From NCBI GenBank assembly GCA_044220955.1, contig JBGAQA010000004.1, forward strand, positions 61,403-125,402: a stretch of 64,000 bases of DNA, in the 5' to 3' direction. The stretch is from Sandaracinaceae bacterium. Lineage in GTDB: Bacteria > Myxococcota_A > Polyangia > Polyangiales > Sandaracinaceae. A model generated the notes under the pieces. The model was not told where the DNA came from and did no database searches. It saw only the letters and a program-made list of their open reading frames with translations. Both the position numbers and the translations under genes were made by a program. Positions 1 to 9,185 of this stretch are shown here, in pieces (the first letter of the stretch is position 1; each line of letters opens with the position of its first letter).

Positions 1-2
1 CC

Positions 3-362
3 ACGCGGTACTACCCGGCCGACGTGCTGCTCTTCGCGGCGGCGCGGCTCGTCCACGCTCGCGCCGACCTCGCGCCCGCGCTCGCACCGATGCTGCGCGA
101 GGCGCTCGCGGCGAGGCGCGCGTCCGAGGCGACGTCCCTGGAGCAGGCGTGCCGGGCCGCCGCGGCGTTCTACGCCGGGCTCGAGGCCGAGCACGTGCTC
201 GAGCTCGCGCTTCCGCTGCGCGACGTGTCCCGGCCGTTGCGGCCGGAGCCGTTCTTCTCGCTGGGACGTCGTGCGTCGTACTTCGGATCGACGCCGCTCA
301 CGGCCGCGTTCCGACTTCACGCGATCACCCTCGGGGCCTCCGTCGGAGCGGGCCATGACTGA
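3..362 (+). CDS. 3' end of a CDS that begins upstream of the window; function unknown
   Basis: Frame is open from the window edge to TGA at 360-362 with high codon-3 GC. The stop overlaps the next start (ATGA at 355-358). No family recognised. Confidence 0.5.
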   Translation, partial: TRYYPADVLLFAAARLVHARADLAPALAPMLREALAARRASEATSLEQACRAAAAFYAGLEAEHVLELALPLRDVSRPLRPEPFFSLGRRASYFGSTPLTAAFRLHAITLGASVGAGHD

Positions 363-1491
363 GCCCGTCGAGCACTTCCGGGGCGCTGCTGGAGCGGCGC
401 GCCTCGAGGGCGATCGCCATGGGGCCCGCGGTCGCTACCTCGCGGCGCTCGTGCGCGGTCCGCTGCGCCAGTACGCCGACAACGTCGGAGACGTCCGGAT
501 GGAGGTCGTCGCGGTCGGCGAGACGCTGGTGCCGATCCTGCTGAACGACGGTGGGGACACGGACTGCTACCTGACCTCTCCGATCGGCTACTACGTCCGC
601 TACGTACGAGACGAGATCCCGCGTCTGCGACAGGACGCCTTCACGCGGGTCTTCGACAAGGTGATCGCGGGGCTCGAGCACCCGCTGCGCTGGTCGTCGT
701 TCAATCGTGTCGCGTACGTGAATCACTGGCTCATGAGCACCTCGCCGCGCGTGCGCTTCGACCGCTCGAGCCTCGAGGCGCTCACGCGCCACCTCGAGCG
801 CGAGTACCCGACGCACACCCTCGTGTTTCGCGGTCTGACGCGCGACGAGACGGAGCACTGCTCGAGCTTCGCGGCGGCGGGCTACGAGCTCGTGGTGAGC
901 CGTCCGATCCACGTGTGGAGCAGCGATCGCCGGGTGGAGTCTCGCGACACGCGGCGCCAGCGCGTCTGCGACGCGCGCGCCGTCGAGCGCTTCGTCGTCG
1001 GACACGAGCCCTCCGCGCACGACCTCGACGCCATCCCGGCGCTCTATCGCAGGCTCTACGTGGAGAAGTACTCGCGGATGAACCCGGCGTACACGCGCGC
1101 GTACTTCGCGCACCTGCTCGACTCCGGCTGGGGCGCGGTGACGATGCTCCACTCGGACGGCGCGCTGGTCGGCTTCGTGACCCACGCGATCGACGCCGAC
1201 GGTGCGCTGCTCGGCCTGAGCGTGGGGCACGATCCGGCCGTCTCCCAGCGGGACCTGCCCGTCTACCGCGCGCTCGTCTCGACCCTCTTCCAGCGCGCCG
1301 AGCGCGAGCAGAGAGCGCTCTTCCTCAGCACCGGGGTGTCCGACTTCAAGCGGCGGCGCGGCGCGGTCGAGCTGCTCGAGTTCGACGCGGTGCGCGCGGC
1401 GCACGCGCCTTGGCCCGCGCGCGCGGCCTGGTGGACGGTCGGGAGCGCCTTCGATCTGGCGATCCAGAACATCGACACGAGGCAGGTATGA
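355..1491 (+). CDS. GNAT/FemAB-like (Acetyltransf_6-like) acyltransferase, tentative
   Basis: ATG at 355 overlaps the upstream stop. The C-terminal half (LYVEKYSRMNP...GALVGFVTHAIDADGALLGLSVGHDP...STGVSDFKRRRGA) resembles BioF2/CelD-type GNAT folds. ATGA overlap with the next gene at 1488. Confidence 0.45.
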   Translation: MTEPVEHFRGAAGAARLEGDRHGARGRYLAALVRGPLRQYADNVGDVRMEVVAVGETLVPILLNDGGDTDCYLTSPIGYYVRYVRDEIPRLRQDAFTRVFDKVIAGLEHPLRWSSFNRVAYVNHWLMSTSPRVRFDRSSLEALTRHLEREYPTHTLVFRGLTRDETEHCSSFAAAGYELVVSRPIHVWSSDRRVESRDTRRQRVCDARAVERFVVGHEPSAHDLDAIPALYRRLYVEKYSRMNPAYTRAYFAHLLDSGWGAVTMLHSDGALVGFVTHAIDADGALLGLSVGHDPAVSQRDLPVYRALVSTLFQRAEREQRALFLSTGVSDFKRRRGAVELLEFDAVRAAHAPWPARAAWWTVGSAFDLAIQNIDTRQV

Positions 1492-2378
1492 GCGCGCACG
1501 CCAGCACGCTGCGCGTGGGCCTACGCGACGTGGTTCGCACGGCGCGCCTCCCCAAGATCGCGCCGGTGCCGCTGCTCGCGTGGAGCGGCTACGCGCTCCG
1601 CCACGGACGGGACGTCCTGCCGCTGGCCTGGGTCACGCTCGCGGTCGTCGCGGTCACGCTCCTGGTGACCCGCCTCAACGTGCTCACCGACGAGTCGCTC
1701 GACCTTGCGAGCCGCCCCGAGCTCGCGCGCGGCCTGCGGCGCAGCGCGCGGTTCGTCGTCGGCGCGAGCGTGGTCGAGGTCGCGCTGCTCTGCGTCGCGT
1801 TGCTCGCGGTGGACGGCGACGCTCGTCTCGCGCTCGTCGCGCTGCTCGCGTTCGGCGTGCTCTACTCGTTCAACTTCCTGTCGCCGCATCCGGTGCGCTC
1901 GCGCTGGAAGGCCCACTGGCTCGGCCACGCCGCGGCGTTCGTCGGGAGCTATGCCGCGCTCTGGGCCGCGGGAGCCGGCGCGGCCGGGCACGGCGGCGGG
2001 GCGCTCGTGCTGCTCGTGGCGCTCGCCACCGGCGTCGTCGACTACGCCGTGTACGTCGGCGAATGCGCGATCGACCACGACGAAGAGGCCTCCGCGGGCC
2101 TGCGCACGGCGGCGGCGCTGCTCGGCCCGCGCACGTCGTCCGTGCTCGCGCTCGTCCTGTTCGGCGCCGGTGCCTGCCTCCATGCCAGCTGGATCACCAC
2201 CGCGCTGGCCGCGGCGTTCGTGCCGCCGCTCGCGCTGCGAGGCACGTTCCTCGTGGCACTCGCCGCCGCGGAGCTCGGAGGCCACCGGGATCGCGCTCAC
2301 GCGCTGCGCTCGCGCGCGGCCGACGCCGTGTTCCTCGCGACGCGCCTCTGGACCTTCTTCGCGCTCGCGCTCGCCTGA
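1488..2378 (+). CDS. UbiA-family prenyltransferase-like integral membrane protein
   Basis: Multi-pass hydrophobic protein. First Asp-rich motif NxxxDxxxD is present (NVLTDESLD), and a second acidic patch is AIDHDEE. Start ATG 1488 overlaps the preceding stop. Confidence 0.6.
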   Translation: MSAHASTLRVGLRDVVRTARLPKIAPVPLLAWSGYALRHGRDVLPLAWVTLAVVAVTLLVTRLNVLTDESLDLASRPELARGLRRSARFVVGASVVEVALLCVALLAVDGDARLALVALLAFGVLYSFNFLSPHPVRSRWKAHWLGHAAAFVGSYAALWAAGAGAAGHGGGALVLLVALATGVVDYAVYVGECAIDHDEEASAGLRTAAALLGPRTSSVLALVLFGAGACLHASWITTALAAAFVPPLALRGTFLVALAAAELGGHRDRAHALRSRAADAVFLATRLWTFFALALA

Positions 2379-2384
2379 GCGTCG

Positions 2385-2843
2385 TCAGTACGTGCGGACG
2401 CCCGAGAGGAGCCAGCCCTGGCCCTCGCGGCGGAGCGTCAGCGTGACGTGCACGCGCTCGCCGTCGACGCGCGCGCCGACCGAGACCGTGCCCGTCTCGC
2501 CGCGGACGTCGACCTCGTCCTGCACGATCTCCACGTGACCGTCGCGGTCGAGCGGCTCGAGCGCGTCGTGCAGGACGTCGGGCAGCGCCGCTTCGTCGTC
2601 GATGCGCCAGTGCGCACGGCCCGCGCTCACGTACACCGGCTCGCGCGACGGAGCGGCCCAGGCGAGCAGCCCGTCGACCCGACGATCGGCGCCGTCGAGC
2701 GTGAGGACCCGGGCGACCTCCTCCAGGCGCTCCGTGTCCGTCTCGACCATCGCGTCCGCGACGGCGGTGCCGAGGGCGAGCGTCACCAACAAGGCCGAAG
2801 ACCAGAGCGCGACCTGCGCGCGGGTGAGACCGAAGAGCTCCAT
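2385..2843 (-). CDS. hypothetical protein with N-terminal membrane anchor
   Basis: Balanced composition and high GC3. N-terminal hydrophobic helix (VALWSSALLVTLALGTAVA). Convergent with the UbiA-like gene. Confidence 0.65.
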   Translation of the reverse strand: MELFGLTRAQVALWSSALLVTLALGTAVADAMVETDTERLEEVARVLTLDGADRRVDGLLAWAAPSREPVYVSAGRAHWRIDDEAALPDVLHDALEPLDRDGHVEIVQDEVDVRGETGTVSVGARVDGERVHVTLTLRREGQGWLLSGVRTY

Positions 2844-2924
2844 GAGCGCACCCTGCAGCAGGGTCCGTGCCGCGTCGGGCAGCCCAGGTTTCGCGGGAGA
2901 TCCGAGGCTCCGGCGCCGCTCGAG

Positions 2925-2937
2925 TGACAGTCTGTCA
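2925..2937. promoter_or_regulatory. 13-bp perfect palindrome TGACAGtCTGTCA, possible operator
   Basis: Seen directly. A further GTGACAG half-site lies at 2966-2972. Sits 82-94 nt upstream of the 2385-2843 gene start. Confidence 0.2.
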
Positions 2938-2939
2938 TC

Positions 2940-2961
2940 GACCGTCGCGCGATCGACGGTC
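2940..2961 (-). terminator. GC-rich hairpin 15 nt downstream of the DUF167 gene stop (no U tract)
   Basis: GACCGTCG (2940-2947), loop CGCGAT, CGACGGTC (2954-2961): perfect 8-bp stem. Confidence 0.25.
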
Positions 2962-2976
2962 TCGCGTGACAGCCGA

Positions 2977-3288
2977 TCAGGGCGGCGCCTCGCTCGATCC
3001 GAGCAGCGCGCGGACGTCTCCGGGCCGCACGCCCATCACCTCGACCCGCTTGCGCCGAGACCTCTGTCCTGCCGTGATGCGCACCTCGCGCCTGGCCACG
3101 CGCAGGGCCTTGGCGACGAACGCGATCAGCGCCTCGTTCGCCGCTCCATCGACCGGCGGGGCCGTCAGCGCGACCTTGAGCGCGCCATCGTGCGTGCCGA
3201 TCACCGTCTCGCGGCTCGCCCGCGGCGCGACGAGCACCCCGAAGCGCACGCCGCCGACGATCTCCTCGATCGCGACCTCGCTCGACAT
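2977..3288 (-). CDS. DUF167 (YggU-like) family protein
   Basis: 103 aa starting MSSEVAIEE. Contains the typical ...LKVALTAPPVDGAANEALIAFVAKALRVARREVRITAGQRSRRKRVEV. ATG at 3288 verified as CAT on the + strand at 3286-3288. Confidence 0.8.
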   Translation of the reverse strand: MSSEVAIEEIVGGVRFGVLVAPRASRETVIGTHDGALKVALTAPPVDGAANEALIAFVAKALRVARREVRITAGQRSRRKRVEVMGVRPGDVRALLGSSEAPP

Positions 3289-3321
3289 CGCACGGAGCCT
3301 AGCGACATTCTCCCCTCTCCG

Positions 3322-5508
3322 GTGCGACAGCCTGCGTCCGATCTCGCGACCCTCGTGCTCGCCGTCGTGATCGCGGCGCTCGCGCGGGTCGACGGCGCCG
3401 CGGGCCTCGTCCTCGCGTACGCGGGAGCCTGGGCGCTCGTGAACGCTGCGCGCGTCGCCGGCTGGCCCCCGCAGGCCACCGCGATCCCGCGACTGCACCT
3501 CGCCCTCGGCGTCGCGCTCGTGCTCGTGGTCCCCGCCCGCGACCTGCTCGCGCGCTGGCGCACGATCGTGGAGCACGAGGGGCTCGGCGATCCGCTCGAG
3601 CACCTCGGCGATCGGCTCGCGCTCGACGCCGACCCCGCGATCGCGCCGCGCCTCGTCTCGGCCGATCGCCCACAGACCTTCTTCGTTCGGGCGTCGGGCG
3701 CGCACGTGCGGGTGCGGCTGGGCCCGAGGGTGGAGTGGATCGACGCCGAGGGCATGGGGCACGGCGTGTTCCGTGTGGACTACGACCCTCGGTCGGCTGG
3801 GCCGCCGCCGCCGCGCGTGTCGCGCGCGACCATCGAGGTGGACGGGATCGCGCACGAGCGGACACTGCTCGCGGCGACACCGGCTGCGCACCCGCGCTGG
3901 CTCCGCACCTCGCCCGACCGGACGCACGCGTGCGTGCCGAGCGAGGAGACCGACGAGGTGGTCGTGCTCTCGGTGGGCGGCGAGCCGGAGCGGATCGGCA
4001 CGCTCGACGGCCCGACCGACTGCGCGATCTACGACGACGGTTCGCTGTTCGTCGTGCACCGCTTCGCGCGCCGCGTCCTACACCTCGACGCCGCGCGCAG
4101 GCGGCAGACCGCGGACGCCGGGGGCCCGGGAGCCACGGCGCTCGCAGAGCTCGAAGGGCAGCCTTGCCATGCGCGCGAAGGACCGGACGCCGAGGTCCGC
4201 TGCTCGGGCCCGTCGCCGGCCCGGCTCTCGATCGAGGGGAGCCCGCTCTTCCTCGCGGGCGTGCCGGGACAAGCGGCGTTGATCCTCGCGACGCGGAGCC
4301 CTGCGGCGCTCGTTCGCATCGAGCGGGCGGGCGGTACGCTCGTCGCTCGGGCATCGCGGGCGCTCGCGATGCCGGCCGCGCATCTCGCGGTCGATCCCTC
4401 CGGCGCGCGCGTCGTCGTCGCCCTCGGCGATCTCGACGAGGACGGGGCGTCGCGGCTCGGCAATCACTTCGCGCAGGATCGCCTCGCCTCGTTCGACACG
4501 GCGACGCTCGCGCTCGTCGAGGACCGCCTGACTGCGTTCCGCACCGATCGCCAGGATCACGCGGGTGACGTGGATCGAGGGGCGAGCCCGATGGGGATCG
4601 CGTTCGCGGCCGACGGTCGACTGCTGGTGGCGTTCGCGGGAACCGACGAGATCGAGGAGATCGGTGGCGCCGCGCCTCGCGTCGTGGACACGGCGGCGCT
4701 CGGGGTGTCCGCGCCCTTCTCGGCGGTCGAGCTCGCCGACGGATCGCGCGTGATCACGTCGCCCTCGAGCGCCCTCGTGGTGGTCCTCGACGTGCGCGGC
4801 GCGCCGTCGCGCACGATCGCGCTCGCGGCGCGCGACCGCGAGCTCTTGGCCACCGACCCGTCCGCGCTCCAGCTGCGCTTCGGCGAGCGTGCGTTCTACG
4901 AGGCGACGCGCTCGGGCGTGTCCTGTCAGAGCTGCCACCTGCACGGCGGCACCGACGGCGCCGCGCACAACATCGGCGGAAGGGTGCTCGCGCCGACCCT
5001 CGACGTGCGCGGCCTGACCGGCACCTCGCCCTACCTGCGTGACGGGAGCTACCCGCGCCTGCGCGATCTGCACGAGGTGGCGGTGACCGAGTACCGCGGC
5101 TACCGGGAGTCCGCCGGGGACCGGGGCGCCAACGTCGAGGCGTGGCTCGAGACGCTGCCGCCGCCTCCCACGTTCGTCGCGCGCGAGGCCGCGCTCGAGC
5201 GCGAGGGGCTCGACGTCTTCTTCGGCGCCGGCTGCCCCGATTGCCACGCGCCGCCCGCGTTCACGTCGCTGGGGCTGCACGCGATCGACGCCGTCTTCCC
5301 GGAGGAGCACGGCGAGGCGGACGCCCGCTTGCTCGACGTCCCCTCGCTGCGCTCGGTCGCCGCGAGCGCTCCTTATCTCTACGACGGCCGCGCATCGACG
5401 CTGGCGAGCCTGCTCGCCGAGCACAACAGCGCCGACCGCCACGGCCACACGCGCGGGCTCGACGAGCACGCCCGGCGCGCGCTGGTGGCGTTCCTGAGGT
5501 CCCTGTGA
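3322..5508 (+). CDS. membrane-anchored beta-propeller-like protein with C-terminal di-haem cytochrome c peroxidase-like domain
   Basis: Two CxxCH motifs (CQSCH, CPDCH) in a CCP/MauG-like context (SPYLRDG, VPSLRSV, APYLYDGRASTL). N-terminal TM helices. GTG 3322 is the first in-frame start after the DUF167 gene, so the start is uncertain. Confidence 0.65.
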   Translation: MRQPASDLATLVLAVVIAALARVDGAAGLVLAYAGAWALVNAARVAGWPPQATAIPRLHLALGVALVLVVPARDLLARWRTIVEHEGLGDPLEHLGDRLALDADPAIAPRLVSADRPQTFFVRASGAHVRVRLGPRVEWIDAEGMGHGVFRVDYDPRSAGPPPPRVSRATIEVDGIAHERTLLAATPAAHPRWLRTSPDRTHACVPSEETDEVVVLSVGGEPERIGTLDGPTDCAIYDDGSLFVVHRFARRVLHLDAARRRQTADAGGPGATALAELEGQPCHAREGPDAEVRCSGPSPARLSIEGSPLFLAGVPGQAALILATRSPAALVRIERAGGTLVARASRALAMPAAHLAVDPSGARVVVALGDLDEDGASRLGNHFAQDRLASFDTATLALVEDRLTAFRTDRQDHAGDVDRGASPMGIAFAADGRLLVAFAGTDEIEEIGGAAPRVVDTAALGVSAPFSAVELADGSRVITSPSSALVVVLDVRGAPSRTIALAARDRELLATDPSALQLRFGERAFYEATRSGVSCQSCHLHGGTDGAAHNIGGRVLAPTLDVRGLTGTSPYLRDGSYPRLRDLHEVAVTEYRGYRESAGDRGANVEAWLETLPPPPTFVAREAALEREGLDVFFGAGCPDCHAPPAFTSLGLHAIDAVFPEEHGEADARLLDVPSLRSVAASAPYLYDGRASTLASLLAEHNSADRHGHTRGLDEHARRALVAFLRSL

Positions 5509-6110
5509 GAGCGCTGGATCAGCGACTCACCGTCGCCGCGCTCGGCCTCGCCGCGCTCGCCGGGGTGTGGGCGGCGACGCTCGCCCGGCCCGGCCACGGG
5601 CTGGCGCGCGGGACCGGGACGGTGGCGATCGTGCTGCTGCTCCTCGCGCTCGCGTCGAGCCCGGCCGCCCCGTGGCTCGCTCCTGCGCGCGCGGTGGCGC
5701 TGCGCGTGGGTCGCCGGCGCGTCGGGATCGCGGCCGCGCTGGTCGCGCTCGGGCACGCCTGCATCGCGCTGTCGAGCTACGTCTCGCCGCTCGTCCTGAG
5801 CCCGATCGCCGCCGTCCCGTGGCTGCGCCACGGGGCGCTGGCGCTCGGGATCCTGGCGGCGCTGCTGCTCACCTCGTTCGCGGCGGTCCAGCGAGCGCTC
5901 CGTGTGCGGGCCTGGTCCGCGCTGCACCGGCTGGTCTACGCGGCGGCCATCCTCGCGTCGCTGCACGCGCTCGGTGTCCCGTTCGGGTCGGGCCTTCCGG
6001 GGGCGGCGGCGCTGCTCGTCACGGCGCTCTCGCTCCTCGCTCGCCCGGCCTCTCGGCTCGCGCGACGTCGGCGCCCGCCGGCCGCGCCCGAGACGGGCGC
6101 CGACGGATGA
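5505..6110 (+). CDS. MsrQ/YedZ-like ferric-reductase-type transmembrane (haem b) protein
   Basis: About 6 TM segments with conserved His in helices (LGHACIAL, ALHRLVYAAAILASLHAL). GTG 5505 overlaps the upstream stop (GTGA). Confidence 0.6.
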   Translation: MRALDQRLTVAALGLAALAGVWAATLARPGHGLARGTGTVAIVLLLLALASSPAAPWLAPARAVALRVGRRRVGIAAALVALGHACIALSSYVSPLVLSPIAAVPWLRHGALALGILAALLLTSFAAVQRALRVRAWSALHRLVYAAAILASLHALGVPFGSGLPGAAALLVTALSLLARPASRLARRRRPPAAPETGADG

Positions 6111-6281
6111 GCCTCACTCCGGCTCCACGTCCCCGGCCGCGCGAGACGAGGGCCGGGTGAGGCGGCCCGCGCAATTGTTTCGTCACGGCGCGCGGCCCCC
6201 CTTGTGCCCGGACGGGGTGCTGGCACATTGTTGCGACCACAAGCGTTGCCGAGGCAATCAACCTCGCCCGTGGGGACTCCC

Positions 6282-7283
6282 GTGACCGCTCACCGCTTCG
6301 ACCCCGACTCTCTCGAGAACCGCGACCCCGCCCACATCGCGGCGTTCTTCGGCCGGCTCGATCCGATCCTCGAGAGGTTCTTCTCGCCCAGGGTCTCCGG
6401 CCTCGGCCGCATCCCGGCGGGGCCCGCGCTCTACGTCGCGAACCACAACGCGGGCCTCTTGATGCCCGACGTCTTCATCCTCGGCAGCGCCATCTTCCGC
6501 GCGCGCGGGATGAACGACATGCCCTACGGGCTCGCGCACGATCTGGCGCTCAGGCCGCCGGCGCTGAACCGCCTCCTGTGCCCGGTCGGCGCCGTTCGCG
6601 CGCGTCCCGGCACCGCCGAGCGCATCTTCGCGCGCGGCAGCAAGGCGCTCGTCTACCCCGGCGGCGACGTCGAGGTCATGCGGCCCTTCTCGCAGCGCGA
6701 CCGCATCGTGTTCGGTGGCCGACGCGGCTACGTGAAGCTCGCGCTGCGGGCCGGCGTGCCGATCTCGCCGATCGTCACCGCGGGCGCGCACTCGGGGTTC
6801 GTGGTCCTCGACGACGGTGGTCGCGTCGCCAAGGCGCTCGGGCTGCCGCGCTGGGCGCGCGTGAACGTCCTGCCGACGGTGCTCTCGTTCCCGTGGGGCC
6901 TCACGGTCGGCTTCCCGCCCCCCTACGTGCCGATGCCGACCCGCATCTACTCGGAGGTGCTCTCGCCGATCCACTTCGCCTGGACCGGCGAGGACGCGGC
7001 GGCGGACGAGAAGTGGGTGGAGCAGTGCCACGAGCGCGTCGTGGGTACGATGCAGGACGCGCTCACCCGCCTGGCGCGGACGCGGCGCGAGGATCGCCGC
7101 CACGACGCGATCGACGGCGTGAGCCACGCGCTCCACAGGGTGCTCGACGTCCTCGGTCTCGAGCCCGCACAGGTCGCGCGGGTGGCAGACGCGGACGAGG
7201 CCGACGACATGACGGGGCTCGACCGTCTCGTCGTGCCGGAGCCGGCGCGAGCGCCCGTCGAGCCGGTTCGCATCGCCGCCTGA
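6282..7283 (+). CDS. PlsC/LPLAT-superfamily acyltransferase
   Basis: ALYVANHNAGLLMPD and VYPGGDVEV blocks, followed by GYVKLALRAGVPISPIV. The start could be GTG 6282 or ATG 6204. The 26 residues the ATG start would add look non-protein-like. Confidence 0.6.
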   Translation: MTAHRFDPDSLENRDPAHIAAFFGRLDPILERFFSPRVSGLGRIPAGPALYVANHNAGLLMPDVFILGSAIFRARGMNDMPYGLAHDLALRPPALNRLLCPVGAVRARPGTAERIFARGSKALVYPGGDVEVMRPFSQRDRIVFGGRRGYVKLALRAGVPISPIVTAGAHSGFVVLDDGGRVAKALGLPRWARVNVLPTVLSFPWGLTVGFPPPYVPMPTRIYSEVLSPIHFAWTGEDAAADEKWVEQCHERVVGTMQDALTRLARTRREDRRHDAIDGVSHALHRVLDVLGLEPAQVARVADADEADDMTGLDRLVVPEPARAPVEPVRIAA

Positions 7284-7322
7284 CGGCGGTTCGCGCCTCG
7301 GTCCGCCGGCGCGCGCTCGCCC

Positions 7323-9185
7323 TCAGAGCGTCTCGAGGTACGCGACGAGGTCGTCGACCCGCGGATCGCTCGCCGACGAGATCGCGCCGTGCGCGGACCC
7401 ACCGCAGCGGGGCTCGAAGCGCTCGCGCAGCGTTCGCGCGCAGCCGTCGTGCATCACCGGGAGCGCGCGGGAGACGCCCACGAGCGAAGGGACCTGGAAC
7501 GCTCCCCGGGTGCCCACGTCCACGGTCTCGTTGTTCGTGAGCATCGCCCCCGAGTGGCAGCTCGCGCAGCCCGCCTCGACGAAGACCTGCGCACCGCGCG
7601 AGGCCGCGTCACCACGCGCCATGCGCGGTGCGTCGGTCGGCCGCGTGTCGAGCCAGCCGCCGATCGCCTCGATGTGGCGCGCGTCGACGGTCGGGCCGCC
7701 CATGCGCTGCGTGAACACCGTCCCCATCAGGTGCGAGAGGTCGGGCAGGTCGCCGCTCCAGTGAAAGGGCGCGGTGTCGAGGAAGCCGGCCGGCACCGTC
7801 GGCGTGCGGCGCGGGCCGACGTCGGCGAAGGTCCACACCCGGCCGTCGTCGCCGCCCTCGGGGTGACACGACGCGCACGCCGTTCCATGGCCAGCGTCGC
7901 CGTGGAAGAACGCGTGGCCCGTGTCGAACGCCGCGCCGCCGCCGAGGCTGATCACGCGGCTCTCGATCCGGATCTGCGCCGGCTCCCGCCCCTGGACCAC
8001 GAGGCGTCCGTCCGGGAGGTAGGCGACGGCGATCGCGTTCGGGGTGTGCTCGGCGTCGGCGCCCGTGTCGCCGTAGCTGCTCGCGTAGTCCTGGATGCAG
8101 CCGCCGGAGCCGTAGCCGTAGGGCGATCCGGAGTCGAGCGAGGCCTGCTCGATGCGCGTGACGCTCGGGTGGAACTCGGTGCTCTCGACCCCGGCGCCCA
8201 CGATCGCGACCTCGCCGGTCGTCGCGCTCACCGCGATGTCCACCGGCAGCGTCGCGCCCGCGATGTTCGGCGAGTCGACCGCCTCGAGCGCGTCGCCGTG
8301 GAAGATGGTCGCGGCGGACTGCACGATCGAGCCGCTGCAGACGCCCGTGTCGTAGTACGCGCCGGGCGCGAGCTGGAGGTCGCCGTCGCTCGAGCGCTGG
8401 TGGGAGACGAGGATTCCGTCGCCGAGCGGGATCGCGCGCCACGCCACCGAGGGCTGGAACTGCGCGGGCGAGCCGTCGCTGCGCACCGACGTCGGCGAGA
8501 TGCTCGCCGTCGGCTGGACGCGGCCGAGCTCGACGCCGTTCTGGTCCAAGCGGATGATCTCCGCGCTCCGGAAGCGCGTCACGACGAGCTCGTCGCCGCG
8601 GACGATCACGTCGCGCAGGTCGTCGATGCCGGTGTCGAGCAGCGAGGGAGGCGTGCTCGAGGAGGGATCGAACGTGGCGATCTCGCCGTCGCGGCACGCG
8701 ACGCGCACCTGGCCGCGCGTCGCGTCGACGGCGATGCCGCGGGGCGCCGCGCACACGGTCCGGCGCGTGATGGTCGGCGTGCCGCCGAGCCCGACCGATG
8801 CGACCTCGCCGCTGCCGCGGAGCACCACGTGCGCGACGCGGTTCTCCTCGTCCACCGCGACGCGGCCCGGCTCCGAGCCCTCCGGGACGCGGACCGTCGT
8901 GACCTCGCTCGACGCGACGTCCACGAGGAGGATCCGGTCGCGGTCGGGGTCGGCCGCGATGATCTGCGTGCCGTCGTGCGTGACGGCCAGCGTGCCGCCC
9001 GAGATCGGGGGGAGCGGGTGCGAGGAGGTGATCACCGACGCGGCGCGCGGGTCGATGTACTCGCCGGTGGCCGCCGGGGGCGTCGGGAAGTAGTCGTAGG
9101 GCGAGCTCGGCGGGCTCAGCGGGTCGGGGGCGCGGCAGCCGCCGAGCAGGCCGAGGACGCACGCGAGGGCGATGGAGTTGCGCAT
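7323..9185 (-). CDS. lipoprotein: beta-propeller-like region plus C-terminal di-haem cytochrome c peroxidase-like domain
   Basis: Lipobox MRNSIALACVLGLLGGC. Two CASCH motifs, FQVPSLVGV and PVMHDG blocks. GGAGG sits 5 nt before ATG 9185. Confidence 0.75.
   Translation of the reverse strand: MRNSIALACVLGLLGGCRAPDPLSPPSSPYDYFPTPPAATGEYIDPRAASVITSSHPLPPISGGTLAVTHDGTQIIAADPDRDRILLVDVASSEVTTVRVPEGSEPGRVAVDEENRVAHVVLRGSGEVASVGLGGTPTITRRTVCAAPRGIAVDATRGQVRVACRDGEIATFDPSSSTPPSLLDTGIDDLRDVIVRGDELVVTRFRSAEIIRLDQNGVELGRVQPTASISPTSVRSDGSPAQFQPSVAWRAIPLGDGILVSHQRSSDGDLQLAPGAYYDTGVCSGSIVQSAATIFHGDALEAVDSPNIAGATLPVDIAVSATTGEVAIVGAGVESTEFHPSVTRIEQASLDSGSPYGYGSGGCIQDYASSYGDTGADAEHTPNAIAVAYLPDGRLVVQGREPAQIRIESRVISLGGGAAFDTGHAFFHGDAGHGTACASCHPEGGDDGRVWTFADVGPRRTPTVPAGFLDTAPFHWSGDLPDLSHLMGTVFTQRMGGPTVDARHIEAIGGWLDTRPTDAPRMARGDAASRGAQVFVEAGCASCHSGAMLTNNETVDVGTRGAFQVPSLVGVSRALPVMHDGCARTLRERFEPRCGGSAHGAISSASDPRVDDLVAYLETL

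Noticed and set aside
6221-6235. TGGCACATTGTTGCG upstream of the acyltransferase gene: near-perfect sigma-54 half-sites TGGCAC and TTGC.
   Set aside because: Only 9 nt separate GG and GC instead of the required 10 (G6222 to G6233 is 11 positions, not 12). Sigma-54 promoters do not tolerate this spacing change. It would be worth re-examining only if a 1-nt indel is suspected here.
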